Source: a bacterium
GTDB taxonomy: Bacteria > UBA8248 > JACPRG01 > G963555815
Assembly: GCA_963555815.3 (NCBI GenBank)
Contig: CAUVWX020000001.1
Location: 1 to 64,000 of the forward strand
Length of the DNA: 64,000 bases
Reading direction: 5' to 3'
The notes beneath the pieces were generated by a model. That model was given only the letters and a program-made list of their open reading frames with translations, was not told the origin of the DNA and searched no databases. Made by a program: the position numbers and the translations under genes. Of this stretch, positions 10,682 through 20,459 are shown piece after piece; the first letter of the stretch is position 1; each line of letters begins with the position of its first letter.

Positions 10682-11185
10682 TCATCCCATCGCAGCTCGA
10701 ATCTCTTCCACCGACTTTCCTCTAGCGCGGGCGATGGCCTCCACGTCCCGCAGCTGAAGGAGACCATCCATGGTGGCCCTGGCCACGTTGTGAGGGTTAT
10801 TCGAGCCAAGGGACTTGGTCAAAATATTCTTCACGCCGGCCACTTCGAGGATGGCGCGAGTGGCGCCACCCGCGATGACCCCCGTCCCCTTTGAGGCGGG
10901 CTTGAGGAGGACCTTTCCCCCGCCAAAGTGGCCTATCACGGTATGGGGAAGGGTGCCGTCCTGAAGGGCGATGCGCTTCATCGACGCTTTGGCCTTGGCA
11001 ATACCCTTGGCAATGGTTTCGGGAACCTCATTGGCCTTTCCCATGCCGATTCCTACCCGACCCTCGCCATCTCCGACCGCCACCAGGACGCTGAAGCTGA
11101 ACCGCCTTCCGCCCTTGACCACCTTGGCCACCCGGTTGATATCGATGATCTTATCTATGAATTCCCTGTCAGATCTTTTTTCCAA
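10682..11185 (-). CDS. rpsE: 30S ribosomal protein S5
   Basis: [24 protein letters not shown]. Confidence 0.98.
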   Translation of the reverse strand: MEKRSDREFIDKIIDINRVAKVVKGGRRFSFSVLVAVGDGEGRVGIGMGKANEVPETIAKGIAKAKASMKRIALQDGTLPHTVIGHFGGGKVLLKPASKGTGVIAGGATRAILEVAGVKNILTKSLGSNNPHNVARATMDGLLQLRDVEAIARARGKSVEEIRAAMG

Positions 11186-11203
11186 CCCCTTTGAGCCTCC
11201 CGG

Positions 11204-11563
11204 TCAGACGCGGACCCCTTGCTCCTTGAACCCTTCGGCAAGGGCCCGAACGCGACCGTGATAGAGATATCCATTTCGGTCGAAGACGACAGAGCAGATC
11301 CCCTTCTCGCTGGCAATTCGGCCGAGCAGGGTTCCCACCCGTCGGGCCGCCTCGACGTCCCTCCCTTTGGAGCCCCCTTCCTTACGAAAGGCCTCGCTCA
11401 TGGACGAGGCGGCCATCAAGGTCTGCCCACTCGAGTCATCGATGAGCTGGGCATAGATGTGGCGGATGCTCCGAAAGACCGAGAGCCGCGGGCGCTCCGC
11501 TGTCCCAACCACTTTCTTTCGGACCCGAAGGTGACGTATTTGTCGGGCCGTTGCTCTCACCAT
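11204..11563 (-). CDS. rplR: 50S ribosomal protein L18
   Basis: [23 protein letters not shown]; start trimmed to ATG 11563. Confidence 0.96.
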   Translation of the reverse strand: MVRATARQIRHLRVRKKVVGTAERPRLSVFRSIRHIYAQLIDDSSGQTLMAASSMSEAFRKEGGSKGRDVEAARRVGTLLGRIASEKGICSVVFDRNGYLYHGRVRALAEGFKEQGVRV

Positions 11564-11570
11564 GACGCTC

Positions 11571-12122
11571 CTAAGTCCCCGCTCCTGCCGCCTTGCCCAC
11601 CTTGCGGCGGACCTGCTCGCCCAAATAGCGGATCCCCTTTCCACGGTACGGCTCCGGCTTTCGAATCGCCCGAATCTCTGCTGCCACCTGTCCCACTTGC
11701 TCCCGGTCGATCCCCCGGATGATGACGACATCCTTATTGACCTCGTCAATGGCGAAGGAGATCCCAGGGGGAGCCTCATAGACGATGGGATGAGAGAAAC
11801 CCACCTGGAGGGTCAGGGTTTTCCCCTGAAGAAGAGCCCGGTAGCCAAGGCCATGAAGCTCCAGTCGCTTTTCAAACCCCTCCGTGACCCCCTTGACCAT
11901 ATTGGCCAGGAGGGAGCGAGTGAGGCCATGAAGGGACTTGTGGAGTTTCTTATCAGTGGGCCGACTAACACAAAGCGATCCGTCCTCAAGACGAACCTCC
12001 ATGGAGGGATGGACCTCCCGGGAAAGTTCTCCCTTCGGCCCCTTCACCTCGATCCGGCGCCCCGCGACTTTGACATCCACCCCCTCAGGACAGGGGATCG
12101 GCATCTGCCCCACCCGAGACAT
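11571..12122 (-). CDS. rplF: 50S ribosomal protein L6
   Basis: [22 protein letters not shown]. Confidence 0.98.
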   Translation of the reverse strand: MSRVGQMPIPCPEGVDVKVAGRRIEVKGPKGELSREVHPSMEVRLEDGSLCVSRPTDKKLHKSLHGLTRSLLANMVKGVTEGFEKRLELHGLGYRALLQGKTLTLQVGFSHPIVYEAPPGISFAIDEVNKDVVIIRGIDREQVGQVAAEIRAIRKPEPYRGKGIRYLGEQVRRKVGKAAGAGT

Positions 12123-12159
12123 AACGTCTTCCTCTATTTAGGACCGACGGGAGGACCCC

Positions 12160-12552
12160 CTACCAGATGTGACAGAGAACCTCCCCACCGACCTTGAGCT
12201 CCCTGGATTCTCGGTCCGTCAGAATCCCTTTCGGCGTGGAGAGGATGGCGATCCCAAGACCGTTCAGGACCCGCTCCACCCCCTCATAGCCCACATAGAC
12301 ACGGCCCCCGGGTTTACTAATCCGCTTCAGACCCCGGGGCACAGGCCCCCACTCTCCCACCGCCTTTAGATGGATGATCAGGGTGCCCTGCTTGTCGTCG
12401 TCCGACCACCCGAAGTCGTCTATATACCCCTCACGCTTAAGGATGGCCACAATCGCCCGCTTGATCCGTGACCCCGGCATTTCCACCTTCTCGTGCCGTG
12501 CTGTCAGGGCGTTTCGGATCCGGGTCAGAAGATCTGCAATGGGGTCAGTCAT
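12160..12552 (-). CDS. rpsH: 30S ribosomal protein S8
   Basis: [27 protein letters not shown]. Confidence 0.98.
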   Translation of the reverse strand: MTDPIADLLTRIRNALTARHEKVEMPGSRIKRAIVAILKREGYIDDFGWSDDDKQGTLIIHLKAVGEWGPVPRGLKRISKPGGRVYVGYEGVERVLNGLGIAILSTPKGILTDRESRELKVGGEVLCHIW

Positions 12553-12563
12553 CCTCTTATCCT

Positions 12564-12749
12564 CTACCAGCTCGACTTCATGACGCCTGGGATCTCCCCC
12601 CGCAGGGCAAACGACCGAAAGCAGATGCGACACATCGCAAAGCGCCTCAAATAACTCCGGGCGCGGCCGCAGATACGACACCGGTGATAGGCCCGAACAT
12701 TAAACTTGGGCTTGCGCCGAGCCTTAGCGACAAGGGACTTTTTGGCCAT
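12564..12749 (-). CDS. rpsN: 30S ribosomal protein S14, zinc-binding type
   Basis: RCRICGR...MCRICFR...GEIPG..KSSW. Confidence 0.97.
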   Translation of the reverse strand: MAKKSLVAKARRKPKFNVRAYHRCRICGRARSYLRRFAMCRICFRSFALRGEIPGVMKSSW

Positions 12750-12763
12750 CTTTCCCCCTGAAC

Positions 12764-13420
12764 TTAGTTCCTAAAAGGCATCCCGAGCAATTTTAGTAGT
12801 GCCTTCCCTTCCTCGTCCGTCTTCGCCGTTGTCACGATAGTGACCCCCATGCCACGGACCTTTTCAATCCTATCATAGTGAATCTCCGGGAAAATGCCCT
12901 GCTCTCGGATCCCCAAGGAGTAGTTGCCCCTCCCGTCGAAGGCGGTCCCCGAAACCCCCTTGAAATCTCTCACGCGGGGGATGGCCACATTCACCAACCG
13001 GTCCAAGAACTCGTACATCCGGTCCCCCCGTAAGGTCACCATGGCGCCGATAGTCATCCCGGCGCGAAGTTTAAACCCGGCGATGGACCGTTTGGCCCGC
13101 GTGACGACGGGCCGCTGTCCTGTGATGAGGGATATCTCCTCAACACCGTTTTCCAGAACCTTGCTGTTCTCGATCGCCTCGCCGAGCCCCATGTTGACGA
13201 CCACCTTCTCCAGGCGCGGCACCTGCATCACGTTGGAGTAGCCGAACTCCTTTCGAAGCTGGGGGACGATCTCCTTCGTATATCGGTCCCGAAGTCGCGA
13301 GGGAGGCCTCGGCGCAACGGGCGCCTTCGGGCGATGGTCTCCCCCCTTCTTCTCGGGTTTCGACTTCTCCTTAGACTTTTCCTTGGGCTTTGCCGAGCCC
13401 GCCGGCTTCTTCGCCGCCAC
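12764..13420 (-). CDS. rplE: 50S ribosomal protein L5 with Lys/Pro-rich N-terminal extension
   Basis: [23 protein letters not shown] start at 13420 after AGGAG. Confidence 0.96.
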   Translation of the reverse strand: MAAKKPAGSAKPKEKSKEKSKPEKKGGDHRPKAPVAPRPPSRLRDRYTKEIVPQLRKEFGYSNVMQVPRLEKVVVNMGLGEAIENSKVLENGVEEISLITGQRPVVTRAKRSIAGFKLRAGMTIGAMVTLRGDRMYEFLDRLVNVAIPRVRDFKGVSGTAFDGRGNYSLGIREQGIFPEIHYDRIEKVRGMGVTIVTTAKTDEEGKALLKLLGMPFRN

Positions 13421-13433
13421 GCTTGTCTCCTGC

Positions 13434-13784
13434 TCAGCCAACATCCAGCATCTCGCCGCTTTTCTTCATAAAGCGAACCTTACGGCCGTCCTCCAGGACC
13501 TTCCGTCCGACTCTGCTCGGCTCCCCTGTCTTCGGACACACGAGCATGAGATTGGAAATCTGAATCTTGCTTTCTTTCTCAATGATCCCCCCCTGCCGCT
13601 GACGCTGGGAGGGGCGGGTGTGGCGCTTGACCATGTTGGCCTTCTCCACGATAGCGAGCCCTCGCTTAGGGAAGACCTCCAGGACTTTTCCTCGTTTTCC
13701 CTTGTCCTTGCCGACCATCACTTGGACGATGTCATCCTTTCGGATGTTCATCTTGTGCCGCCCCTTGTCTCTCGAACTGGCCAT
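13434..13784 (-). CDS. rplX: 50S ribosomal protein L24
   Basis: KOW motif [17 protein letters not shown]. Confidence 0.96.
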   Translation of the reverse strand: MASSRDKGRHKMNIRKDDIVQVMVGKDKGKRGKVLEVFPKRGLAIVEKANMVKRHTRPSQRQRQGGIIEKESKIQISNLMLVCPKTGEPSRVGRKVLEDGRKVRFMKKSGEMLDVG

Positions 13785-13792
13785 AGGCCCCC

Positions 13793-14161
13793 TCAGAGCA
13801 CCTCCGGGGCAAGCGAGATAATTTTCATGAAACGCTTTCGGCGTAGCTCTCGGGCCACCGGTCCAAAGATGCGGGTCCCGAGAGGTTCACGGTTCTCGTT
13901 CACGAGGACCGCCGCGTTTTCGTCGAAACGGATATAGGAGCCGTCGTCCCGGCCGATCTCCTTACGGGTCCGGACCACCACGGCCCGCTTGACCTCCCCC
14001 TTCTTGATTGGGCTATTGGGGGTTGCCTCGCGGATGCTGACGACGACAATGTCTCCCACCCGGGCGTAACGCCGCCGGGTCCCGCCGAGCACCTTGATGC
14101 ACCTCGCCCTTCGACCACCTGAGTTGTCGGCGATCTCCAGAAAGCTCTGTTGCTGAATCAC
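13793..14161 (-). CDS. rplN: 50S ribosomal protein L14
   Basis: [25 protein letters not shown]. Confidence 0.98.
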   Translation of the reverse strand: MIQQQSFLEIADNSGGRRARCIKVLGGTRRRYARVGDIVVVSIREATPNSPIKKGEVKRAVVVRTRKEIGRDDGSYIRFDENAAVLVNENREPLGTRIFGPVARELRRKRFMKIISLAPEVL

Positions 14162-14224
14162 CGATGGCTCCCTTCAAAATGGGCGAGGAGGTTCACTGGC
14201 CTGGCCACGCGTGCCCGGCGCCCC

Positions 14225-14491
14225 TCACTGGGCACGCTCCATCACTTCCACCAGACGCCATCTCTTTCGCTTGCTGAGGGGTCGGGTTTCCATGATGCGA
14301 ACCTTATCCCCGACCTGCAGTTCGTTTTGCTCATCGTGGACCATCATGCGGCTTCTTCGCCTGACAACCTTTTTATACTTGGGATGCTGGACCAACCGAT
14401 CCACCTGGACCGTGGCCGACTTGTCCATTTGATTGCTCACCACCTGTCCCACCCGGACCTTGCGCCGGCTGCGGGGCTGCTGAGAGGACAT
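14225..14491 (-). CDS. rpsQ: 30S ribosomal protein S17
   Basis: GQVVSNQMDKS; ETRPLSKRKRWRLV; start trimmed to ATG 14491. Confidence 0.96.
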   Translation of the reverse strand: MSSQQPRSRRKVRVGQVVSNQMDKSATVQVDRLVQHPKYKKVVRRRSRMMVHDEQNELQVGDKVRIMETRPLSKRKRWRLVEVMERAQ

Positions 14492-14492
14492 T

Positions 14493-14699
14493 CTAAGTCT
14501 CCCCCTCAGCGACGCGGGCTCGCTCACGAGCCACCGTCTGAGCCCGGGCCACATCCTTTCTAAGGAAATGGGCCCGCATCGGGTTCTCCACCTGCCCAGT
14601 GGTGCGCTGGAACCTGAGGTTGAACAACTCCTCGCGAAGCTCACGCTCCTTGACGGTCAACTCCTGGTCACTCAGCTCACGGAACTCGCTGGCTTTCAT
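14493..14699 (-). CDS. rpmC: 50S ribosomal protein L29
   Basis: LREELFNLRFQ; position between rplP and rpsQ. Confidence 0.96.
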   Translation of the reverse strand: MKASEFRELSDQELTVKERELREELFNLRFQRTTGQVENPMRAHFLRKDVARAQTVARERARVAEGET

Positions 14700-15118
14700 C
14701 AGACCCTCAGCATCTCCTTCCCGAGGAAGCGGGTCCTCAGCGGAAGCTTATGGCCGGCCAGACGCATGGCCTCCCGGGCCACGACCTCAGGCACCCCCTC
14801 CATTTCGTAAAGGACCTGCCCCGGGCGCACCACTGCCACCCAGAACTCCGGCGTCCCTTTTCCCTTGCCCATGCGGGTTTCGGCCGGCTTCTTCGTGACG
14901 GGCTTATAGGGGAAGACCCGAACCCAGATCTTGGCCCCACGTTTCACCTTGCGGGTCATGGCGATTCGGGCCGCCTCGATCTGCCGGTCCGTGACCCAGG
15001 CGGGCCCAAGGGCTTGGAGACCAAAATCGCCGAAGCTCAGCCTATTTCCGCGCCGGGCGACGCCCTTCATGCGGCCCCGGTGCTGCTTACGGTGCTTGAC
15101 CTTTTTCGGTTGCAGCAT
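14699..15118 (-). CDS. rplP: 50S ribosomal protein L16
   Basis: [18 protein letters not shown]. Confidence 0.98.
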   Translation of the reverse strand: MLQPKKVKHRKQHRGRMKGVARRGNRLSFGDFGLQALGPAWVTDRQIEAARIAMTRKVKRGAKIWVRVFPYKPVTKKPAETRMGKGKGTPEFWVAVVRPGQVLYEMEGVPEVVAREAMRLAGHKLPLRTRFLGKEMLRV

Positions 15119-15746
15119 AGGGACTGAGAACCTCTCCGTTGTAGATCCACACCTTGACGCCGATCATGCCGTAGGTCGTCTTGGCTTCGGCGAAGCCATA
15201 ATCAATGTCGGCCCGAAGAGTGTGAAGGGGGACGCGGCCTTCGCGGTACCACTCGGAGCGGGACATTTCAGTTCCCCCCAAGCGACCCCCGCAGGCTACC
15301 TTGATCCCGCGGACTCCAAAGCGCCGGGCGGAAGTGACAGCCCGCTTCATGGCGCGGCGAAAACCGATCCGACGTATCAACTGAAGGGCGATATTTTCAG
15401 CCACAAGCTGGGCGTTGGCCTCCGCCCTTCTCACCTCTTTGATGTTGATATAGATCTGCTTGCCCGTGAGGGCCTGCAACTCGTTTTTCAGCCGTTCCAC
15501 CTCGGCCCCCCGTTTGCCGATGATGACTCCCGGTCGGGCCGTCCAGATATTAATCCGCGCCCGCTGGGCCGTCCGTTCCAACTCAATCTTGGAGATTCCG
15601 GCATGGTGGAGCGGACCCTTGATGTGCTTTCGGATGAGGATGTCCTCGTGAAGGAGATCAGCGTAACCTTTCTTGGCGAACCAGCTCGAGGACCAGGTCT
15701 TGTTAAAACCCAGTCGAAAACCTATCGGATGGACCTTCTGACCCAA
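15087..15746 (-). CDS. rpsC: 30S ribosomal protein S3
   Basis: [27 protein letters not shown]. Confidence 0.98.
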   Translation of the reverse strand: MGQKVHPIGFRLGFNKTWSSSWFAKKGYADLLHEDILIRKHIKGPLHHAGISKIELERTAQRARINIWTARPGVIIGKRGAEVERLKNELQALTGKQIYINIKEVRRAEANAQLVAENIALQLIRRIGFRRAMKRAVTSARRFGVRGIKVACGGRLGGTEMSRSEWYREGRVPLHTLRADIDYGFAEAKTTYGMIGVKVWIYNGEVLSPYAATEKGQAP

Positions 15747-15747
15747 G

Positions 15748-16092
15748 TTACTCCTCCTCAGGCGATCTCAAGATCACCGTGATGTGGCTCATCCTTTTCC
15801 GGATGGGGGTTGCCCGCCCCCGCGCACGAGGCAAAAAGCGCTTCAGTGTGGGCCCGCCATCCACATCCAGACGACTCACGCGAAGGGACTCCACCTCGTC
15901 CTTGGTTCCCTTGTCCTCGGCATTGGTCAGAGCCGATCGGAGCAATTTCATCAGGACCCGGCCGGACGCCTGAGGGGTCAGATGCAGGAAATGAAGGGCC
16001 TCCTCCACCGGTTTTCCCCGAAGATGCTGGGCCACGGCACGCACCTTTCGGGGTGAGCCGCGTGCAAATCGAAGCCGGGCGCGTACTTCCAC
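15748..16092 (-). CDS. rplV: 50S ribosomal protein L22
   Basis: [23 protein letters not shown]. Confidence 0.97.
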   Translation of the reverse strand: MEVRARLRFARGSPRKVRAVAQHLRGKPVEEALHFLHLTPQASGRVLMKLLRSALTNAEDKGTKDEVESLRVSRLDVDGGPTLKRFLPRARGRATPIRKRMSHITVILRSPEEE

Positions 16093-16102
16093 CTTCCACT
16101 CC

Positions 16103-16390
16103 TCACTTCTTCAGCGTGACCGTCCGCTTCACATGGCCCGTGTGGGCCCGGAAGGTCCGGGTGGGGGAAAACTCCCCCAGCTTATGTCCCACCATGTTCT
16201 CCGTCACGTAGACGGGGATGAACTTTCGACCATTGTGAACGGCCAGGGTATGCCCCACAAACTCGGGTGAGATGGTGGAGCGCCGAGCCCAGGTCCGCAG
16301 AACCTTCTTCTCGCCTCCCGCCTCCATGGCCCCGATCTTCTTGAGGATGGAGGGGTCCACATGGGGGCCCTTCTTGAGTGAACGAGGCAT
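16103..16390 (-). CDS. rpsS: 30S ribosomal protein S19
   Basis: [22 protein letters not shown]. Confidence 0.98.
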   Translation of the reverse strand: MPRSLKKGPHVDPSILKKIGAMEAGGEKKVLRTWARRSTISPEFVGHTLAVHNGRKFIPVYVTENMVGHKLGEFSPTRTFRAHTGHVKRTVTLKK

Positions 16391-16393
16391 CCT

Positions 16394-17230
16394 TTATCCT
16401 CCCTTACGCTTCTTGCGCCGCCGAAGGATATAGCGGTCCGAGGCCTTCTTGTGGCGTGTCTTATAGCCCTTCGTCGGCTTCCCCCAGGGGGTGCACGGGT
16501 GTCGGCCTCCCGAAGACTTCCCCTCTCCGCCTCCCATGGGGTGGTCGACAGGGTTCATGGCCACACCTCGAACCTTCGGCCTTCGCCCGAGCCGGCGAGA
16601 GCGCCCTGCCTTGCCGAGGGAGATGTTCTCATGGTCCAGGTTTCCCACCTGTCCCAGAGTCGCCCGACAGGCCAAGAGGATGAGACGCATCTCTCCCGAC
16701 GGCAACTTGATGTGGCCGTAAGCCCCTTCCTTGGCCATGAGCTGGGCCTGGGCCCCAGCGCTTCGGGCCAACTTCCCTCCCCCCCCCGGACGAAGCTCGA
16801 TGTTGTGGAGAATGCTTCCCAGGGGAACGGCCGAAAGAGGAAGCGCGTTTCCGGGGCGGATATCCGCCTGCGGTCCAGCGGCCACCTTCGCCCCCACGGG
16901 GAGACGCCAAGGGGCCAGGATGTATCGTCGATCTCCGTCCGCATATTTGATGAGGGCCAAGCGGGCTGTTCTGTTTGGGTCATACTGGATAGCCTCTATC
17001 TCTCCAGGGACGCCCACTTTGTCCCGCTTGAAATCCACCACCCGATAGCGCCGCTTGTGGCCCCCTCCCCGGCGCCTGACGGTTATGCGCCCATAATTAT
17101 TCCGTCCGCTAGACTTCGTGGACGAGCGAAGGAGGCGCTTCTCGGGGGTCGATCGAGTGATATCCGAGTGGTCCAAGACGCTCTGAAAGCGCCGCCCAGG
17201 GGAGGTGGGCTTATACTTCTTTACAGCCAT
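16394..17230 (-). CDS. rplB: 50S ribosomal protein L2
   Basis: [25 protein letters not shown]. Confidence 0.98.
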   Translation of the reverse strand: MAVKKYKPTSPGRRFQSVLDHSDITRSTPEKRLLRSSTKSSGRNNYGRITVRRRGGGHKRRYRVVDFKRDKVGVPGEIEAIQYDPNRTARLALIKYADGDRRYILAPWRLPVGAKVAAGPQADIRPGNALPLSAVPLGSILHNIELRPGGGGKLARSAGAQAQLMAKEGAYGHIKLPSGEMRLILLACRATLGQVGNLDHENISLGKAGRSRRLGRRPKVRGVAMNPVDHPMGGGEGKSSGGRHPCTPWGKPTKGYKTRHKKASDRYILRRRKKRKGG

Positions 17231-17278
17231 GGCTGAAGCCTCCCTTTGGATAGCCTCTGAAAGCCCCCTGGGGGAATA

Positions 17279-17569
17279 CTAGACATTCTCGAAGAGCTCG
17301 ATCCGGTCGCCCGGCTTTAAAGTGATGATGGCCTTCTTCCAGTTGGGCCGCCGTCCCTGACGTTTCCCCACTTGCCTCACCTTGCCAATCTGGTGCATGG
17401 TGCGGACCTTCAAAACCGTGACCCGAAAGATCGTCTCAAACGCCTGTTTGATCTCTTGCTTCGTGGCATCCTGGCGCACCTGGAAGGCCAGCTGATTGTG
17501 GGCCTCACTGGCCAGGGTGCTCTTCTCGGTGACGAGAGGGCGCTGGACAATGCCATAGAGGTCCTTCAC
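17279..17569 (-). CDS. rplW: 50S ribosomal protein L23
   Basis: PLVTEKS; WKKAIITL. Confidence 0.97.
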   Translation of the reverse strand: MKDLYGIVQRPLVTEKSTLASEAHNQLAFQVRQDATKQEIKQAFETIFRVTVLKVRTMHQIGKVRQVGKRQGRRPNWKKAIITLKPGDRIELFENV

Positions 17570-18219
17570 GAAGCACCCTCCGCCTGGCTCTTCCCTTTCT
17601 GAAAGCGCTCTTGAACGGCTTCAAGCCCCTCTCGAGAGCAGAGGAGGACCGCATGGTCCATCACATCCAGGACATTGAGGCCGATGGCGGGGAGGGATTT
17701 AATCCCGGGGAAGTTTTGGGTGGCCCGGCGAAGGCGCTCATCTGCCTTCCCTGTGACAAAGAGGACCTTGCCCTTCACACCAAGACGCTCCAGGAGTTTG
17801 GAGACCTCACGGCATTTGGCCTCCGGCAAATCCAGGTGGTCAATGACCTTGATCTGTCCCTCCCGAAACTTCAGATTGAGAGCTGAGAGGAGAGCGGCCC
17901 GGCGCACCTTTGTGGGAGGGCGATAGCTGTAGTCCCGCGGTTTTGGCGGGAAGATGACGCCGCCGTGGCGCCACAGGGGGGACTTACGGTCCCCTGCCCG
18001 CGCGCGACCCGTCCCCTTTTGGCGCCAGGGCTTGGCCCCGCTCCCGCTTACCTGCGAGCGGCCCTTGGCCGAGGCTGTCCCGGCCCGTCGGTTCGCCAAC
18101 TGCATGACCACCACCTCATGGATCAGGTGTTCCTTCACCTGCCCGTCGAAGAGATCCTCGTTCAGCGCGATCTCCCCGACCGACTGATTCCCTTGATCTA
18201 CCACCGAAATAACAGGCAC
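17566..18219 (-). CDS. rplD: 50S ribosomal protein L4
   Basis: KPWRQKGTGRARAG; PPKPRDY. Confidence 0.98.
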   Translation of the reverse strand: MPVISVVDQGNQSVGEIALNEDLFDGQVKEHLIHEVVVMQLANRRAGTASAKGRSQVSGSGAKPWRQKGTGRARAGDRKSPLWRHGGVIFPPKPRDYSYRPPTKVRRAALLSALNLKFREGQIKVIDHLDLPEAKCREVSKLLERLGVKGKVLFVTGKADERLRRATQNFPGIKSLPAIGLNVLDVMDHAVLLCSREGLEAVQERFQKGKSQAEGAS

Positions 18220-18231
18220 TTTTCTTATCCC

Positions 18232-18873
18232 TTAGGAGGGCTTTTGCCCTCCACTCTTTCGAATCTCCAAGAGACCCCCCGCCGCCCCCGGGACCGCCCC
18301 CTCGAGAAGAAGGAGATTTCGCGTGGGGATCACATCGAAGACCTTGAGGCAGCGAACCGTCTTCCTCTGGTCCCCCATGTGCCCAGGAAGGGGGTGTCCT
18401 TTCAAGACCCGTGAGGGCGAAGCAGAGGCCCCAATGGAGCCAGGGGCCCGGCGAAACGTAGAGCCGTGAGAGGCCGGCCCTCCTCGCCAGCCGTGCCGCT
18501 TCATACCGCCCTGAAATCCCTTCCCCTTCGAGGTCCCCGCCACGTCCACGTGGTCCCCCTGGGCGAAGATTTCCACATTCACCATTTGGCCCACCTCAAG
18601 GTCTGAGGCCTCCTCGGTCCTGAACTCCCGCAGGTATCGGGTGGGCTCGACCGTTGCCTTGGCGAAGTGTCCCAGCCTGGGTTTAGTCGTCCGTCGAGAC
18701 TTCTGGGAAAGAAAGCCAAGCTGCAAGGCATGATAGCCATCTCGCTCGACCGTCTTCTTTTGGACAACGGGGCAGGGCCCCGCCTCCACGACCGTCACGG
18801 GCACCATATCCCCATTCGGCGCGAAGGCCTGGGTCATCCCCAGCTTTTTCCCAAGAAGCCCCTGCTTCATCAT
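18232..18873 (-). CDS. rplC: 50S ribosomal protein L3
   Basis: GKKLGMTQ; GTSKGKGFQG. Confidence 0.98.
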   Translation of the reverse strand: MMKQGLLGKKLGMTQAFAPNGDMVPVTVVEAGPCPVVQKKTVERDGYHALQLGFLSQKSRRTTKPRLGHFAKATVEPTRYLREFRTEEASDLEVGQMVNVEIFAQGDHVDVAGTSKGKGFQGGMKRHGWRGGPASHGSTFRRAPGSIGASASPSRVLKGHPLPGHMGDQRKTVRCLKVFDVIPTRNLLLLEGAVPGAAGGLLEIRKSGGQKPS

Positions 18874-19182
18874 TTAGAGCTTGATCTCCACGTCCACACC
18901 CGCCGCCAGCTCCATCTTCATCAGGGCATCCACCGTCTGGGCAGTGGGCTCCAGGATATCCAGCAGACGCTTATGCGTCCGGATCTCAAATTGCTCCCTG
19001 GATTTCTTGTCTATGTGGGGTGAGCGGAGAACGGTGAGCTTATTCGTCACAGTCGGGAGCGGTATGGGGCCGGCGATGCGCGCCCCAGTCCGCTTGACCG
19101 TTTCGACGATTTCCACCACCGACTGGTCCAGGATCCGATGATCATAAGCCTTCAGCCGGATCCGAATTTTCTGGTTCTCCAT
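18874..19182 (-). CDS. rpsJ: 30S ribosomal protein S10
   Basis: [23 protein letters not shown]. Confidence 0.98.
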   Translation of the reverse strand: MENQKIRIRLKAYDHRILDQSVVEIVETVKRTGARIAGPIPLPTVTNKLTVLRSPHIDKKSREQFEIRTHKRLLDILEPTAQTVDALMKMELAAGVDVEIKL

Positions 19183-20425
19183 GAGGCTTTCAGTCCCTAT
19201 TCCAGGATTTCGCTGATGACGCCTGCTCCGACGGTGTGGCCCCCTTCGCGGATGGCGAACCGAAGCTCCTTCTCCATGGCGATCGGCTTGACCAGCTCCA
19301 CCTCCATACTCACATTGTCCCCAGGCATCACCATCTCCACGCCCTCTGCCAGCTTCGCCACACCCGTCACGTCCGTCGTTCGAAAATAAAACTGCGGGCG
19401 ATATCCATTAAAAAAGGGCGTGTGCCGACCACCCTCCTCCTTCGTTAAAATGTAAGCCTCCGCCTTAAAACGCGTGTGCGGCGTAATCGAACCAGGCACC
19501 GCCAACACCTGACCCCGCTCCACCTCCTCACGCTTCAAACCACGCAACAACACCCCAATGTTGTCCCCCGCCTGACCCTGGTCCAACAACTTCCTGAACA
19601 TCTCCACACCCGTCGCCACCGTCTTCTGCGTCAGACGTAATCCCACCACCTCTACCTCATTGCCCACCTTCACCACACCACGCTCCACTCGACCCGTCAC
19701 CACCGTCCCACGACCAGAAATGCTGAACACATCCTCCACAGGCATCAAAAAAGGCTTCTCCACATCGCGAACAGGCACAGGAATATAATTGTCCACCGCC
19801 TCCATTAAATCCACAATGCACTTGGCGTCCGCATGACCCGGGTCAGCCGCCTCCAACGCCCGAAGCGCACTCCCGCGAATCACGGGAATGTCGTCCCCAG
19901 GAAACTCATACGCCGTCAATAACTCCCGCACCTCAAGCTCCACCAGGTCCTTCAACTCCTCATCGTCCACCTGGTCCACCTTGTTCAAAAACACCACGAT
20001 GTGCGGCACACCCACCTGACGAGCCAACAATACGTGCTCCCGCGTCTGAGGCATCGGACCATCCGCCGCACTCACCACTAAAATCGCACCGTCCATCTGC
20101 GCCGTCCCCGTAATCATGTTCTTCACGTAGTCCGCATGACCAGGACAGTCCACGTGCGCATAGTGACGAGGACCCGTCTCATACTCCACATGACTTACCG
20201 AAATCGTGATCCCGCGCTCCCGCTCCTCAGGCGCCTTGTTGATCTCGTCATAAGAAACATACTGCGCCTGACCCTGCTTGCTTAAAATCATCGTGATCGC
20301 CGCCGTCAGCGTCGTCTTCCCATGCTGAACGTGACCTATCGTCCCTACATTCACATGAGGCTTCGTCCGCTCAAATCGCGCCTTGCTCATGACCTTACTC
20401 CCTAAAACAATTAAAAGGACCTTGC
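19177..20425 (+). repeat. direct repeat copy 1 of a 1249-bp tuf-containing segment (copy 2 at 35853-37101)
   Basis: Identical protein and matching flanks at offset 16676; looks base-identical by eye. Confidence 0.9.
19197..20390 (-). CDS. tuf: elongation factor Tu (str operon copy)
   Basis: [38 protein letters not shown]; atypical P-loop GHVQHGKT. Confidence 0.98.
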   Translation of the reverse strand: MSKARFERTKPHVNVGTIGHVQHGKTTLTAAITMILSKQGQAQYVSYDEINKAPEERERGITISVSHVEYETGPRHYAHVDCPGHADYVKNMITGTAQMDGAILVVSAADGPMPQTREHVLLARQVGVPHIVVFLNKVDQVDDEELKDLVELEVRELLTAYEFPGDDIPVIRGSALRALEAADPGHADAKCIVDLMEAVDNYIPVPVRDVEKPFLMPVEDVFSISGRGTVVTGRVERGVVKVGNEVEVVGLRLTQKTVATGVEMFRKLLDQGQAGDNIGVLLRGLKREEVERGQVLAVPGSITPHTRFKAEAYILTKEEGGRHTPFFNGYRPQFYFRTTDVTGVAKLAEGVEMVMPGDNVSMEVELVKPIAMEKELRFAIREGGHTVGAGVISEILE

Positions 20426-20459
20426 CTTATGCCCCTCTGTCCGGTTGCTCACGGCCGCC

